NCBI GenBank assembly: GCA_964016885.1
Contig: OZ024742.1
Location: 144,212,001-144,276,000, forward strand
Direction: 5' to 3'
DNA: 64,000 bases
Origin: Eledone cirrhosa
Lineage: Eukaryota
The translations under genes were made by a program, and so were the position numbers. Below are positions 13,623 to 26,878 of the stretch, piece after piece. Each line of letters begins with the position of its first letter. Position 1 is the first letter of the stretch. Below the pieces are notes generated by a model. That model did not search any database. It was not told where the DNA came from and worked only from the letters and a program-made list of their open reading frames with translations.

Positions 13623-16600
13623 ACCAACAGATTAAGTCTTATGACAGTAGTAAGGAAGACCAACAGATTAAGTCTTATGACAGTAGTAAGGAAGACCAAC
13701 AGATTAAGTCTTACGACAGTAGTAAGGAAGACCAACGGATTAAGTCTTATGACAGTAGTAAGGAAGACCAACAGATTAAGTCTTACGACAGTAGTAAGGA
13801 AGACCAACAGATTAAGTCTTACGACAGTAGTAAGGAAGGCCAACAGATTAAGTCTTATGACAGTAGTAAGGAAGACCAACAGATTAAGTCTTACGACAGT
13901 AGTAAGGAAGACCAACAGATTAAGTCTTATGACAGTAGTAAGGAAGACCAACAGATTAAGTCTTATGACAGTAGTAAGGAAGTCCAACAGATTAAGTCTT
14001 ATGACAGTAGTAAGGAAGACCAACAGATTAAGTCTTATGACAGTAGTAAGGAAGACCAACAGATTAAGTCTTATGACAGTAGTAAGGAAGACCAACAGAT
14101 TAAGTCTTACGACAGTAGTAAGGAAGACCAACAGATTAAGTCTTACGACAGTAGTAAGGAAGACCAACAGATTAAGTCTTATGACAGTAGTAGGGAAGAC
14201 CAACAGATTAAGTCTTATGACAGTAGTAAGGAAGTCCAACAGATTAAGTCTTATGACAGTAGTAAGGAAGACCAACAGATTAAGTCTTATGACAGTAGTA
14301 AGGAAGACCAACAGATTAAGTCTTATGACAGTAGTAAGGAAGTCCAACAGATTAAGTCTTATGACAGTAGTAAGGAAGACCAACAGATTAAGTCTTATGA
14401 CAGTAGTAAGGAAGACCAACAGATTAAGTCTTACGACAGTAGTAAGGAAGACCAACAGATTAAGTCTTACGACAGTAGTAAGGAAGACCAACAGATTAAG
14501 TCTTATGACAGTAGTAAGGAAGACCAACAGATTAAGTCTTACGACAGTAGTAAGGAAGACCAACGGATTAAGTCTTATGACAGTAGTAAGGAAGACCAAC
14601 AGATTAAGTCTTACGACAGTAGTAAGGAAGACCAACGGATTAAGTCTTATGACAGTAGTAAGGAAGACCAACAGATTAAGTCTTACGACAGTAGTAAGGA
14701 AGACCAACAGATTAAGTCTTACGACAGTAGTAAGGAAGGCCAACAGATTAAGTCTTATGACAGTAGTAAGGAAGACCAACAGATTAAGTCTTACGACAGT
14801 AGTAAGGAAGACCAACAGATTAAGTCTTATGACAGTAGTAAGGAAGACCAACAGATTAAGTCTTATGACAGTAGTAAGGAAGTCCAACAGATTAAGTCTT
14901 ATGACAGTAGTAAGGAAGACCAACAGATTAAGTCTTATGACAGTAGTAAGGAAGACCAACAGATTAAGTCTTATGACAGTAGTAAGGAAGACCAACAGAT
15001 TAAGTCTTATGACAGTAGTAAGGAAGACCAACAGATTAAGTCTTACGACAGTAGTAAGGAAGACCAACAGATTAAGTCTTACGACAGTAGTAAGGAAGAC
15101 CAACAGATTAAGTCTTATGACAGTAGTAAGGAAGACCAACAGATTAAGTCTTATGACAGTAGTAAGGAAGTCCAACAGATTAAGTCTTATGACAGTAGTA
15201 AGGAAGACCAACAGATTAAGTCTTATGACAGTAGTAAGGAAGACCAACAGATTAAGTCTTATGACAGTAGTAAGGAAGTCCAACAGATTAAGTCTTATGA
15301 CAGTAGTAAGGAAGACCAACAGATTAAGTCTTATGACAGTAGTAAGGAAGACCAACAGATTTAGTCTTACGACAGTAGTAAGGAAGACCAACAGATTAAG
15401 TCTTACGACAGTAGTAAGGAAGACCATCAGATTAAGTCTTACGACAGTAGTAAGGAAGACTAACAGATTAAGTCTTATGACAGTAGTAAGGAAGACCAAC
15501 AGATTAAGTCTTATGACAGTAGTAAGGAAGACCAACAGATTAAGTCTTACGACAGTAGTAAGGAAGACCAACAGATTAAGTCTTATGACAGTAGTAAGGA
15601 AGTCCAACAGATTAAGTCTTACGACAGTAGTAAGGAAGACCAACAGATTAAGTCTTACGACAGTAGTAAGGAAGACCAACAGATTAAGTCTTACGACAGT
15701 AGTAAGGAAGTCCAACAGATTAAGTCTTATGACAGTAGTAAGGAAGACCAACAGATTAAGTCTTATGACAGTAGTAAGGAAGTCCAACAGATTAAGTCTT
15801 ACGACAGTAGTAAGGAAGACCAACAGATTAAGTCTTATGACAGTAGTAAGGAAGACCAACAGATTAAGTCTTATGACAGTAGTAAGGAAGTCCAACAGAT
15901 TAAGTCTTACGACAGTAGTAAGGAAGACCAACAGATTAAGTCTTATGACAGTAGTAAGGAAGACCAACAGATTAAGTCTTATGACAGTAGTAAGGAAGTC
16001 CAACAGATTAAGTCTTATGACAGTAGTAAGGAAGACCAACAGATTAAGTCTTATGACAGTAGTAAGGAAGACCAACAGATTAAGTCTTATGACAGTAGTA
16101 AGGAAGTCCAACAGATTAAGTCTTACGACAGTAGTAAGGAAGACCAACAGATTAAGTCTTATGACAGTAGTAAGGAAGACCAACAGATTAAGTCTTATGA
16201 CAGTAGTAAGGAAGTCCAACAGATTAAGTCTTATGACAGTAGTAAGGAAGACCAACAGATTAAGTCTTATGACAGTAGTAAGGAAGACCAACAGATTAAG
16301 TCTTATGACAGTAGTAAGGAAGACCAACAGATTAAGTCTTATGACAGTAGTAAGGAAGACCAACAGATTAAGTCTTACGACAGTAGTAAGGAAGACCAAC
16401 AGATTAAGTCTTACGACAGTAGTAAGGAAGACCAACAGATTAAGTCTTATGACAGTAGTAAGGAAGACCAACAGATTAAGTCTTATGACAGTAGTAAGGA
16501 AGTCCAACAGATTAAGTCTTATGACAGTAGTAAGGAAGACCAACAGATTAAGTCTTATGACAGTAGTAAGGAAGACCAACAGATTAAGTCTTATGACAGT

Positions 16601-17150
16601 AGTAAGGAAGTCCAACAGATTAAGTCTTATGACAGTAGTAAGGAAGACCAACAGATTAAGTCTTATGACAGTAGTAAGGAAGACCAACAGATTTAGTCTT
16701 ACGACAGTAGTAAGGAAGACCAACAGATTAAGTCTTACGACAGTAGTAAGGAAGACCATCAGATTAAGTCTTACGACAGTAGTAAGGAAGACTAACAGAT
16801 TAAGTCTTATGACAGTAGTAAGGAAGACCAACAGATTAAGTCTTATGACAGTAGTAAGGAAGACCAACAGATTAAGTCTTACGACAGTAGTAAGGAAGAC
16901 CAACAGATTAAGTCTTATGACAGTAGTAAGGAAGTCCAACAGATTAAGTCTTACGACAGTAGTAAGGAAGACCAACAGATTAAGTCTTACGACAGTAGTA
17001 AGGAAGACCAACAGATTAAGTCTTACGACAGTAGTAAGGAAGTCCAACAGATTAAGTCTTATGACAGTAGTAAGGAAGACCAACAGATTAAGTCTTATGA
17101 CAGTAGTAAGGAAGTCCAACAGATTAAGTCTTACGACAGTAGTAAGGAAG
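13623..17150. repeat. 36-bp minisatellite, 98 units (ACCAACAGATTAAGTCTTAYGACAGTAGTAAGGAAG)
   Basis: Direct tandem repeats. 3528 bp / 36 = 98 units, with few variant positions and no indels seen. Confidence 0.97.
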
Positions 17151-17989
17151 TCGGTGATGTTGATGATAGCAAGAATGACAACAACTGCATTTTCCCAATA
17201 AATTACAAAAATTTTAAATTCACTAAAAATTTTGTTTGAAGTCTGATAACAGAAATTTGAAATGTCAAGTTATTGTTAACAATAAATAAACAAATGCATA
17301 AAGTAAGATATGTTTGTTTTTGTTGTCTTGCTTTTATCACCATCATAATCATTATTGTTGTTGTTTTTAAGTTAAGATTTTAATGACTCTAGCCTTATCA
17401 GATAGAAGTTAAAAGTGAACGAAATAAAAATAAAATAAAAAAAACATGAATCTATAACTTTTAAAAGTGAATATATAATAAAGAGAAATTCATACATTTA
17501 TAGAAATGTTAGAGGTGATGAGGAGATGAATATATGAGTAATGGTGAGAGGAAGAAACATAAAATAGGGGAGAGGGAGAGGAGAGAGAGCAGGGAGGGGA
17601 GAGAGGAGGGGAGAGTGTATGTGTGTTTGTGTGTTTTTTAACAGTTAGTAAACGACAGAGAAGATATAATTATATATACATGCACATACACACTCACACA
17701 CACACAAAATAACAAAAGCAGTGTAGAATAAAATCAAACTTTCTTATCCTAAGTAATCTGTAGCAATCCTGCTACAAGGTGTCCCACTGCAACCCCTGCC
17801 ATATATATCCAGACTGTTGTTTATAACTGTCGTGTGTAATTTACACATGCAGTATTAGCTGGAATCAATAGATATATTCCAAGTATTAAAATAAAATATT
17901 ACTAACATGTTACTAATTTATTAATCCAGCTAACTGCCAAGATGTGCTACTAATCTATCAGTTTACCTGATTTACTGAAGCCCTTAATA

Positions 17990-18265
17990 ATTGTTTCTAC
18001 TTTTGTCGGCACAAGGCCAGAAATTACCCCAGTATATTACTGGTGCTTTTTTCTGATTTAGGCACACGGTCAACAAATTCAGTGGGAGGGGAAAGCTAAT
18101 TAAATTGACTCCAGTGCATTACTGGTGCTTTATTTATTGATCCTGTAAGGATGAATGGTGAAGCTAATCTCAAGGGGATTTGAACTCAGAATGTAAAGGG
18201 CCATAACTATGCCGAAAAGCATGTTGCCCGATACTCTACCAATACTACCAATCCATCACCCTTAA
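17990..18265 (-). mobile_element. SINE family A, diverged, with duplicated 3' end
   Basis: Similarity to 7408-7620. Confidence 0.75.
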
Positions 18266-18284
18266 TAAAGGTTTCTAATGTATA

Positions 18285-18606
18285 TCATTTCATTTTACGT
18301 CCGCTTTTTCCCTGCTTGCAAGGGTGGGACGGGAACTGATTCTGGCTTGATTTCTACAGCTGGATGCCCTTCCTAACACCAACCTCATTTACAGTGAGTG
18401 GTGGGTGCTTTTTTGCCGTGGTGCCTACACGACCACTTTGCAGTGGAATGATAGGGACCCCAGTCCCTATCATCTCATTTCTACAGCTGAGTAAACTGGA
18501 GCAATGTGAAATAAAGTGTCTTGCTCAAGGAAACAACACATCACCCGGTCTAAGAATTGAACTCACAACCTTTTGATTGCAAGGCCACTAAGTCATGTGC
18601 CTCCAT
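18285..18606 (-). mobile_element. SINE family B copy
   Basis: Reverse complement of 13100-13490. Confidence 0.85.
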
Positions 18607-20274
18607 ATCCAGTTTAGAATAGGTATACCCTGTATCCCTGCCCTGCAAGTTATAAGAAGTGACTCGGTGTCAGAAAATGGCATCTAGTTATTAAAAAATT
18701 GTCCCCCAAAGTCCTGTTCAATGCAGCAAGAAAAAGGTGACATAGTACAGCTGACCTCTTCTGTAAAATTGGAATGAGAGCAGCCCATCTGAGGAAGGAG
18801 CCCTGCAAGGTGGGGTGGCATTGGAGTGGGTCTCATTGTCCACTGTCCATGGAAATGCCATTGCTATTTTGTCCACGGGGTGCAGCTAAAACACCGCTCT
18901 GACCTAGGTGTAGAGTTCCTCTTCCTTTTGTTGCCTAATAGTCATTGCTCTTTCCCTCCTTTTCCTCTCATTTATGGCATTTATAGTCCTTTCCAATAAT
19001 GCCTTTTTTTTTTGGATATATCATTTCCTCAATATGCTGATGATGAATATAAAAATGTTTTTTTATTGCTCTAGTTATAAGTAAATAATTTACTTAGTAA
19101 AAATAAAAACAAAAAAAAAACAGGCATATAATTATGGTGTATGGCTTGGAAGAAACATTTTTTCTTCTTATCTACTGGAAAAAAACGTTTTCTTTTTATC
19201 TATTATATCCCTTTCTTTATAAAAAATGCACACACTATTTGATTTTCTCATCGGTTCTATTATTAGTTATTAGTTCAACAAAGCTCTTTCATCACACATT
19301 CTGTGACCTCCTCAATGTCATTTGTTATTCTTCCCTGTGTCTCCTCTCCTTTTTGGTATGAATTCGTTTACTCCATCTTGTCTTTCTCTTAAAACACATT
19401 TTGCACTTATTATGTATGATCAATGGGTTTTGGGTGAGACAATGAAAGGGTTCTAGGGAGAACCAGTGATGAGTTATACTCAAGGCATCAGTTCACCTTA
19501 TCTGGTCTTGTACATTAAGCATGAATGGATATTTATACACCTACACACACACACAAGCATGCGTATAAGGAATATATAGAGAGACAATATGAAGAGAAGA
19601 AGACTGTATTAGATTAAAGATAAACACATATAGAGAGGTATATGAATAAAAGAAGGATGGTGGTGAATGTTTATAACTTCTGGAGGCTAGAAAGAAGAAA
19701 AGAAAGAAAGAACTGTGTGGTTGTGCACTAAATGAGACAGTAGACAGTATGGGAAGAGCAGGCAAAGAATGGTAAGTGAGAAAAATAAGAACTGTTTCAA
19801 TGGATTCCTACCTAACTAAAGTGCCACATTCTTTCTAGAAAGAACCATATGCTTTATATTTGAAGTATGAACATACAAGACAGTCTAGATCACATAGATG
19901 ACATCACTTGACAGTCAAAGAATACTTCAGGGGGGAGAAAGCAGAAAGAAGAGGATGATAGTATTTTGAATTTTTTCCTTACTCCCTTCTGTTCCCCCCC
20001 TCCTTCTCCTACTTCTTATTTTTCATGTGTCTGTTAGGTGGGGTGGGTGTAAGAAATGGTGCCTAGACAGATTCTAGTGTTCTATAAACTAGATAATTAC
20101 TAGTGTATATATTGCTGTGGTTGTAGCGCATGGTTGTTGGAGTAGAATGATGCATGCATATGTTTGTATGTATATATGCATATAGACTTAGATATAGCTT
20201 CTGACAATGGCTATATAGAATGTATATACACAGGGTGTCTAGTGACGTATGAGACACCCTGTATTGTATATATA

Positions 20275-20440
20275 ATTGTTTCTACTTTTGGCACAATGCC
20301 AGCAATTACCCAGTACATTACTGGTACTTTATTTTATCGACCCCGTAAGGATGAAAGGCAAAGTTAACCTCGACGGGATTTGGACTTAGACCGTAAAGGG
20401 ACGTAACTATGCTGGAAAGCATGGCGTCCGACTCTCTATT
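20275..20440 (-). mobile_element. SINE family A (short-tail subfamily)
   Basis: Similarity to other family A copies. Confidence 0.8.
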
Positions 20441-20747
20441 CTTAGAAAATGTAGAGAATCTTGAATGCTATAAATAACACCTTAGAAAATTGGGTAAAAT
20501 ACCCCTTATAGATGGGGGAAAAAAAGGATACTTTCCTCAAATATCTAAGCTATTAAGCAATAAACTGTGTTCACAGTTATTTTTTACATTCGAACACTCT
20601 ACATTTTCTAAGAATACCAATTCACTTGAAACTCCAATGATTTATTTCCGAATGTTGTCATCTGAGTGTGTGTGTGTGTGTGTGTGTAGCCTAACCCATC
20701 CCATACATGGAAAATAGATGTTAAACACTGATGATTATCTATCTATA

Positions 20748-20778
<31 letters not shown>

Positions 20779-20789
20779 CTTCTTTGGTC

Positions 20790-21440
20790 ACTTATTCATT
20801 GGAGGGATGGGGAGGAAGAGCCCTCCAGCATGCCTTTCAGTACTGTCTGAAGCAACCTTATCCAATTGATCCAACTGGATCCCCAAAACGAGGCCAGCTA
20901 AGATCATGGAAGTTATCTAATCATCTTTGCTTGGAGTCTACCCCTGGGTTTCTTGCAGGTTGGTTTTGCCCATAAAATCTGTCCAACAATTCTTTCTTGA
21001 GACATTCTAACCACATGTTCATAGTATCAGAGCTGTGATCTCTCAATTCTGAGATGTAGCCGCTCTACCAAGAGCAACTCTCTGATCTCCAAGCTATGCA
21101 CTCTACTGAGTAACATTACTGCTAAAACCTTTTGGAGGAACCCCATTTCAGCCACGTATTCTTTTGGTCATTACCCGAGACTCACAACCATAAGTAAGGG
21201 TTGGCACAAATACCAAATCAAAGATAGCAAGATTGATTGTTACTACACACCTCCCTCCCTTCTTCTGCTGACAGAATGCTGAAGCTGGCACATTACTCAA
21301 CCAGCTCCTGCAATTCTTGCACTTAATTCAGCCTCCTACTTTCCATCACTCATAAACATGGCTGCTACAAGAAACTTGAACTTCTCCACCTGCTTCAGTG
21401 GAACTTCATTCACATACAGTACACTGTGCAGGCTTCCTTG
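20790..21440 (-). mobile_element. Degraded RTE-like LINE C-terminal fragment (second family)
   Basis: Minus-strand peptides VFVPTLTYGCES and RSQL*YYEHVVRMSQERIVGQILWAKPTCKKPRGR. Confidence 0.75.
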
Positions 21441-21789
21441 AGAGGACATATATATATATATACATACACACACACACACATATATATATATATACACCTG
21501 GATACTTTATTTCACTTCATCATTAGAAAGATGATTAATCATGGGCAATACACTAAAGAGTATAATGCTGGGGAAAGGGTGACTAACTTTTATATGTTAT
21601 GTATTGGCCATGCTGAATCAGCTTTCTTATTCATTGCCAAATAAAACAGAACTAGTCTTGTAAAAGTTATCTCTTAATGAAATATAATAAAATACATTCT
21701 CTACCTGGTGTATTGAGTGCCAGCCTATTTATATATATACTAGGTGCTTTTATCATGTTGGTCACCAAATAATAAGAAGACTGTTATGT

Positions 21790-23205
21790 CCTTGACTCAA
21801 TTGAAGGGTCTTCCTGACCCTTTGTTTAGCAAGCTTTCTATGGCTGGATGCCCTTCCTATCACCAACTACTTCACAAGGGGGCAGTGACTAGTAATGCAT
21901 ATAGAGGGGCATGGGGTGTGAGGTGAGGGTGGTGTAGGGATGTTGAGAATACTTGTTAGTGAGTACTAATGGAATTGGAAGACACAGAGGTATGTCAGGC
22001 CACATTGTATGCTGCAGGGTGGGTCTTCATCAGCACCGCATAACACCAGCTCTTGCAGTCTTTAGTCATTTCTGCAATGAAGTTTACTTTTTTTAATGTT
22101 GGTCTTCACAACCTTATTTCATGTCTTTATGGGTCTGCCTCTTCCACAGGTCCCAGTCACTGGGGTTTCTCTGCATTTCTTTATGCAGCTGTTATCTTCC
22201 ATGTCCGTACCAACACAGTCTTCCCTCTTGCACACTACATCCAATTCCTCTTATGCCAAGTTTCCCCCTCACTTTGCTTATGCTATGTTGCTCATGCACA
22301 CTAACATTACACAACTCATTTCTTTTTAGCTTTTGAAATCAAGGTCCATGTTTCACTACTGTGAAGCATTGCAGTTTACACACAAGCATCATGAAGTCTA
22401 TCCTTCACTTTGAGAGAAAAGCATTTTGTTGTTAGCAGCAGTAATAGATCTCTAAAATTCTTCCAGTCTGTCCTTACCATAGCTATCATGCTTTCAGTGC
22501 ATCCTCCCCCACTGCTAATTTGATTGCCTAGTGAAAACTGTCAACAACTTCTAGGGAGCCCCTCTGGCATCTGCCTCATATGAAGTTTATTTTTCTGTTA
22601 GTTTACCGGCAATCCCACTACATTTCTTGTGCATCAATAATTTAAATTGTGTGCACCTTATGAAATTTCTGCCCGCCCCTTTCTGACATGTCTAATAAAA
22701 CCACTTTCTTGGTGGCATCACTTTCCTATCTTCTTTCCTACTTATTAAATTTACTTTTAGGCCTTTCAACTCTAGGTTCTTCTTCCATGCTTGAAACTTT
22801 GCCTCTAACTCTCCCACAGATTCAGCTATGAGGACTAGATTATCAGTATATAGGAGCTTCCATGGAGTGCCAGTTTTAAACACCTTGGTGATGGCCTGAA
22901 GGACAATGATAAACAGGAGTGGACTGAGGACTGATCCGTGGAAGACTCCCACAAGCGCTTCAAATTCATCACTGTACTCATTGCCAAGTTTCACTCTGCT
23001 GGCTGCTCTTCTATACATGGCCTGCACAGCCCACACAAGCCATTCATCTAGATCTAGCTTTCTAAGTGCTCACCAGATTACAGAGCATGGGACCCTGTCA
23101 GAGACCTTCTCCAGATCTATGAATGCTAGATAGAGGCTTACTCTTAGCTAAGTACCTCTCCTGTAGTTGTTTCACCAGAAAGAGTGCATCAGAAGTGCCC
23201 CTGCC
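21790..23205 (-). mobile_element. 5'-truncated, degraded RTE-clade LINE (RT domain to 3' UTR)
   Basis: Minus-strand peptides GRGTSDALFLVKQLQERY..AFIDLEKVSDRVP, VGVFHGSVLSPLLFIIVL and LLYTDNLVL (decayed QGSVLSP and YADD motifs), with stops and frameshifts. Confidence 0.9.
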
Positions 23206-23246
23206 GGTTATAATCTCTCAGTTTTTTACCACTATATATGTATATC

Positions 23247-23291
23247 TGTCTGATGATCCACCGAGTGTGCAGGTGAAACTCCAGAGTAACA
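23247..23291 (+). ncRNA. Hammerhead motif of the same family with a divergent stem II
   Basis: TGT-CTGATGA-TCCACCGAGTGTGCAGGT-GAAA-CTCCAGAG-TA-ACA. Confidence 0.55.
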
Positions 23292-23979
23292 AAACTCACT
23301 ACATAAACACAATAAAGCAATATACATAGCGAGACACGGTTACCCGACTCAACTTGCTTCTAAATAGGACAAACCCATCTAACCCATGCTAGCATGGAAG
23401 ATAGACGTTAAACGATGATGATGATGATTATATATATGTGTGTGTATATATATATATATGTGTGAAGCTAATAACACTATGTACTATTGACTCCTGCATT
23501 TGTTTGTTTGTCCTTTTGAACTATATGTATATATATATATATATATATACATACACTTTAGAAAATTAACAAAGAAAGGACAAGACAATGAACGGAAACA
23601 AAACAAAATCTTTTAAGGGGAAACCTTAAAAAATTATTTTCTAAAAATAAATACACAAACAAAGGACACAGAACTCCATGGTGACGGCCATTTTGACCCC
23701 TACCAAAGGTACTGCTGGTCCATCTGTGGTCACAGTGTCTGACATAAGCCAAACGCTGTCCAAAGAAGTAAGAGACGAAAGACAAACAATTTATAGTCAT
23801 TAAGCTATAAAAAAAATATACAATTTTATGTGACGTCAGGGAAAATGTCATTTAACATTTGTTTTCCCTGCTAGCAAGGGTTGGACGGGTCTACATAGAC
23901 CAAGCCAGAACTGAAGTAAGGCCACTGACGTCCCAGACAGGCCATGGGGGTCTGTATCCCGCTTATGTATAGTCATTAT

Positions 23980-24168
23980 TCGGTGGATTGGCAGTATCGG
24001 TAAGGGTCGGACGCCATGCTTTGAAGCATAGAGTTACCTCCCTTTATGATCTGAGTTCAAATCCCGCCGAGGTTAACTTTGCCTTTCATCCTTACGGGGT
24101 CGATAAAATAAAGTACCAGTAATGCACTGGAATAATTGCTGGCCTTGTGTCAAAAGTAGAAACAATTA
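23980..24168 (+). mobile_element. SINE family A
   Basis: A/B boxes and central domain intact. Confidence 0.85.
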
Positions 24169-24277
24169 TTGAGTGCAGAGGGACACAAACTGAAAGATCC
24201 TCTTAGTCCCTTGATTGGCAATCTTTCTAAAGCTGGATACCCTTCCTATCACACACATATATATATATATGACTTCT

Positions 24278-24633
24278 GGCATCACGCAGTAATACAGGGT
24301 ACCCGACCTCCCATGGGTACATGCTGAAGCATATAAACAATATGCCCCCACTCCCCCCACCGCAAGGTGGTCGTGGAGGTGCCACGGCAAAAAAAGCACC
24401 CAGCCCACACTGTAAAGTGGACGTGTAGGCGCGACGAAAAAGCACCCAGCACTCACTGTAAATGAGGTTGGTGTTAGGAAGGGCATCCAGCTGTAGAAAT
24501 CAAGCCAGAATCAGTTCCTGTATGAGCAAGACAAGGTCAGCCGACCAGACACTGCCCACAACAGGACAACCCGTCTAACCCATGCTAGCGTGGAAGAACG
24601 GACGTAAAACGGTGATGATGATGATGATGATGA
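24278..24633 (+). mobile_element. RTE-type 3' end / SINE-B tail fragment
   Basis: DFWHHAVIQGTRP followed by AAAAGCACCCAG subrepeats, GGAAGGGCATCCAGC and (ATG)n. Confidence 0.65.
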
Positions 24634-24894
24634 CACACGTACATACACACATTTATTACTATTAACTATTACCTGTAGAATGGTTAGAGAGAGGGGGGGG
24701 GGTATATTTATTTGTATCAGCAAGTGTGGTGAGGATTTCATCACAGAAGTTATTTATATCATGATCCTCATCACCTCCCACTCCATCCTTATTACTACCA
24801 TCATCAGCATCACTATCATCATAACAACCACCACAACCACCTACATTATCATCATCACCACTGCTATTGCTCCCAGCATCATCCCCACCACTAC

Positions 24895-25350
24895 AACCTT
24901 ACTATCCTCGTAAGGACTACCACCACCACCACCACCACCACAAGGATTACCATCATCATCCTCATCAACCATACCATCCTCATAAGGACCACCACCACCA
25001 CCACCACCACCACCACCACCACAAGGATTACCATCATCATCATCATCAACCTTACCATCCTCATAAGGACTACCACCACCACCATGAGGATTACCATCAT
25101 CATCACCATCAACTTTACCATCCTCATAAGACTACCACCACCACCACCACCACCACCACTAGGATTACCATCATCATCATAACCATAAACCTTACCATCC
25201 TCATAAGACTAACACTACCACCACCACCACCACCACCACTAGGATTGTCATCATCATCATAACCATAAACCTTACCATCCTCATAAGACTACCACCACCA
25301 CCACCACCACCACCACCACCACCACCACCACCACCACCATCATACCATAA
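24895..25350. repeat. Compound (ACC)n/(ATC)n minisatellite, variable ~60-80-bp units
   Basis: Recurring AGGATTACCATCATC..ACCTTACCATCCTCATAAG. Confidence 0.85.
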
Positions 25351-25610
25351 ACCATCACCACAGCCACAACTCCTTATCACCATCTTTAGCACCAAAACCA
25401 ACACCTTCTTCATCACCTCTATTGGCCACTACCCACCAACACAACCACCAACACCATCATCACTATTAGTAGAAGCACCTATCATCATCATCAGCAGCAT
25501 GTGTGTACATCTACACTCTAGTAGTGGTATTGAATTATAACTTATAAGGAACTGACTGCCAAAGCTGCTGCTACCTTTCAAACAGATCTGTAGAGGGAGA
25601 GAATGTGTAT

Positions 25611-25667
<57 letters not shown>

Positions 25668-25943
25668 AAGTGGAGAAAGTGTGTGATAGAGAGAGTGAGG
25701 GATTAGAGAGATGAGCAGTAGAGAGAGAGAGAGAGAGAGGGGAACAGGAAAGAAAGAACGAGTTGGAAATGATGGTAATGAGGAAGAAGACAAAATGAAG
25801 GTGATGAAAATGAAGTTGCTTCTCACTCACATGTTCTAGTTTGTGTGTGTATGTGTAGGTATATGTACATATACACCCACACAAATAGATACAATATGTA
25901 TGGCTAATATACATGTTATATATATATACACACACACACACAT

Positions 25944-25971
<28 letters not shown>

Positions 25972-25974
<3 letters not shown>

Positions 25975-26160
25975 AAGAGTAGGACCCCGACGGCTGAGCT
26001 CAAGCCGTTTCGATGGCTAATTCTGGACAGAATTAGCCGTCGAAACGGCTTGAGCTCAGCCGTCGGGGTCCTACTCGTTCCTATTACCCACTCTACTACC
26101 CTAAGTATTGAGTACTTTGGTACGTTATGGTCCATCTGGTTCCTTACCACATTTCCTTTG

Positions 26161-26162
<2 letters not shown>
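25972..26162. mobile_element. Foldback (110-bp palindrome) plus ~80-bp tail element in (TA)n, copy 1
   Basis: 54-bp arms 25972-26025 and 26028-26081 are near-perfect reverse complements. The tail is shared with the copies at 30.0-30.5 kb. Confidence 0.75.
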
Positions 26163-26204
<42 letters not shown>

Positions 26205-26318
26205 TCCCACCCTTGCAAGCAGGGAAAAGTGGACGTATGATGATGATGATGATGATGATGATATATATATATAAAGAGAGAGAGAGATAAACTATTCAAA
26301 TGCATATATGTATGTGTG

Positions 26319-26356
<38 letters not shown>

Positions 26357-26357
<1 letters not shown>

Positions 26358-26443
26358 TGGTCACGGCAGACCAACTTCCCAAGGGCGGTGCCCCAGCATG
26401 GCCTCAGCCAGATGGCTGAAACAGGTAAAAGAGTAAAAGAGTA
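26357..26443 (+). mobile_element. SINE-like 3' fragment ending in (TAAAAGAG)2
   Basis: GC-rich island between (TA)n tracts with a short tandem tail. Confidence 0.45.
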
Positions 26444-26764
26444 TATATATATGTATATATAAATATATGCCGCTGAGAGAGAGAGACGTACAAGAGACCT
26501 GTAGAGATATACACATTCAATATAAAATATACACTAAAGCATTAATCTACAAAAACAGATACCAATGTCACTCTCTCTCTCAAACACCCCTCTCTCTCTT
26601 TTTCCCTAAAACACCACTCTCTCTCTCTCTCTAATACACCTCTCTCTCTCATAAACACACAAACTCATTTGAAAATAAATGCACAGACACTAGTTATATA
26701 TTTTGAACATAAGCCTACAAATACATTCACTTTTAATTTAAGCCTGACCTAATCATTAAAACAG

Positions 26765-26822
26765 ATACATAAATACATACACACACATACACACTTATCT
26801 ATACAAACACACATTTATATAA

Positions 26823-26878
<56 letters not shown>

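Noticed and set aside
13623-17150. CRISPR array (36-bp repeats with an internal inverted repeat)
   Set aside because: Units are contiguous with no unique spacers, there are no cas genes, and the context is eukaryotic.
13521-17201. 1226-aa and 1187-aa ORFs as genes
   Set aside because: By-product of a stop-free 36-bp unit; non-ATG starts, no domain, mostly non-synonymous variation.
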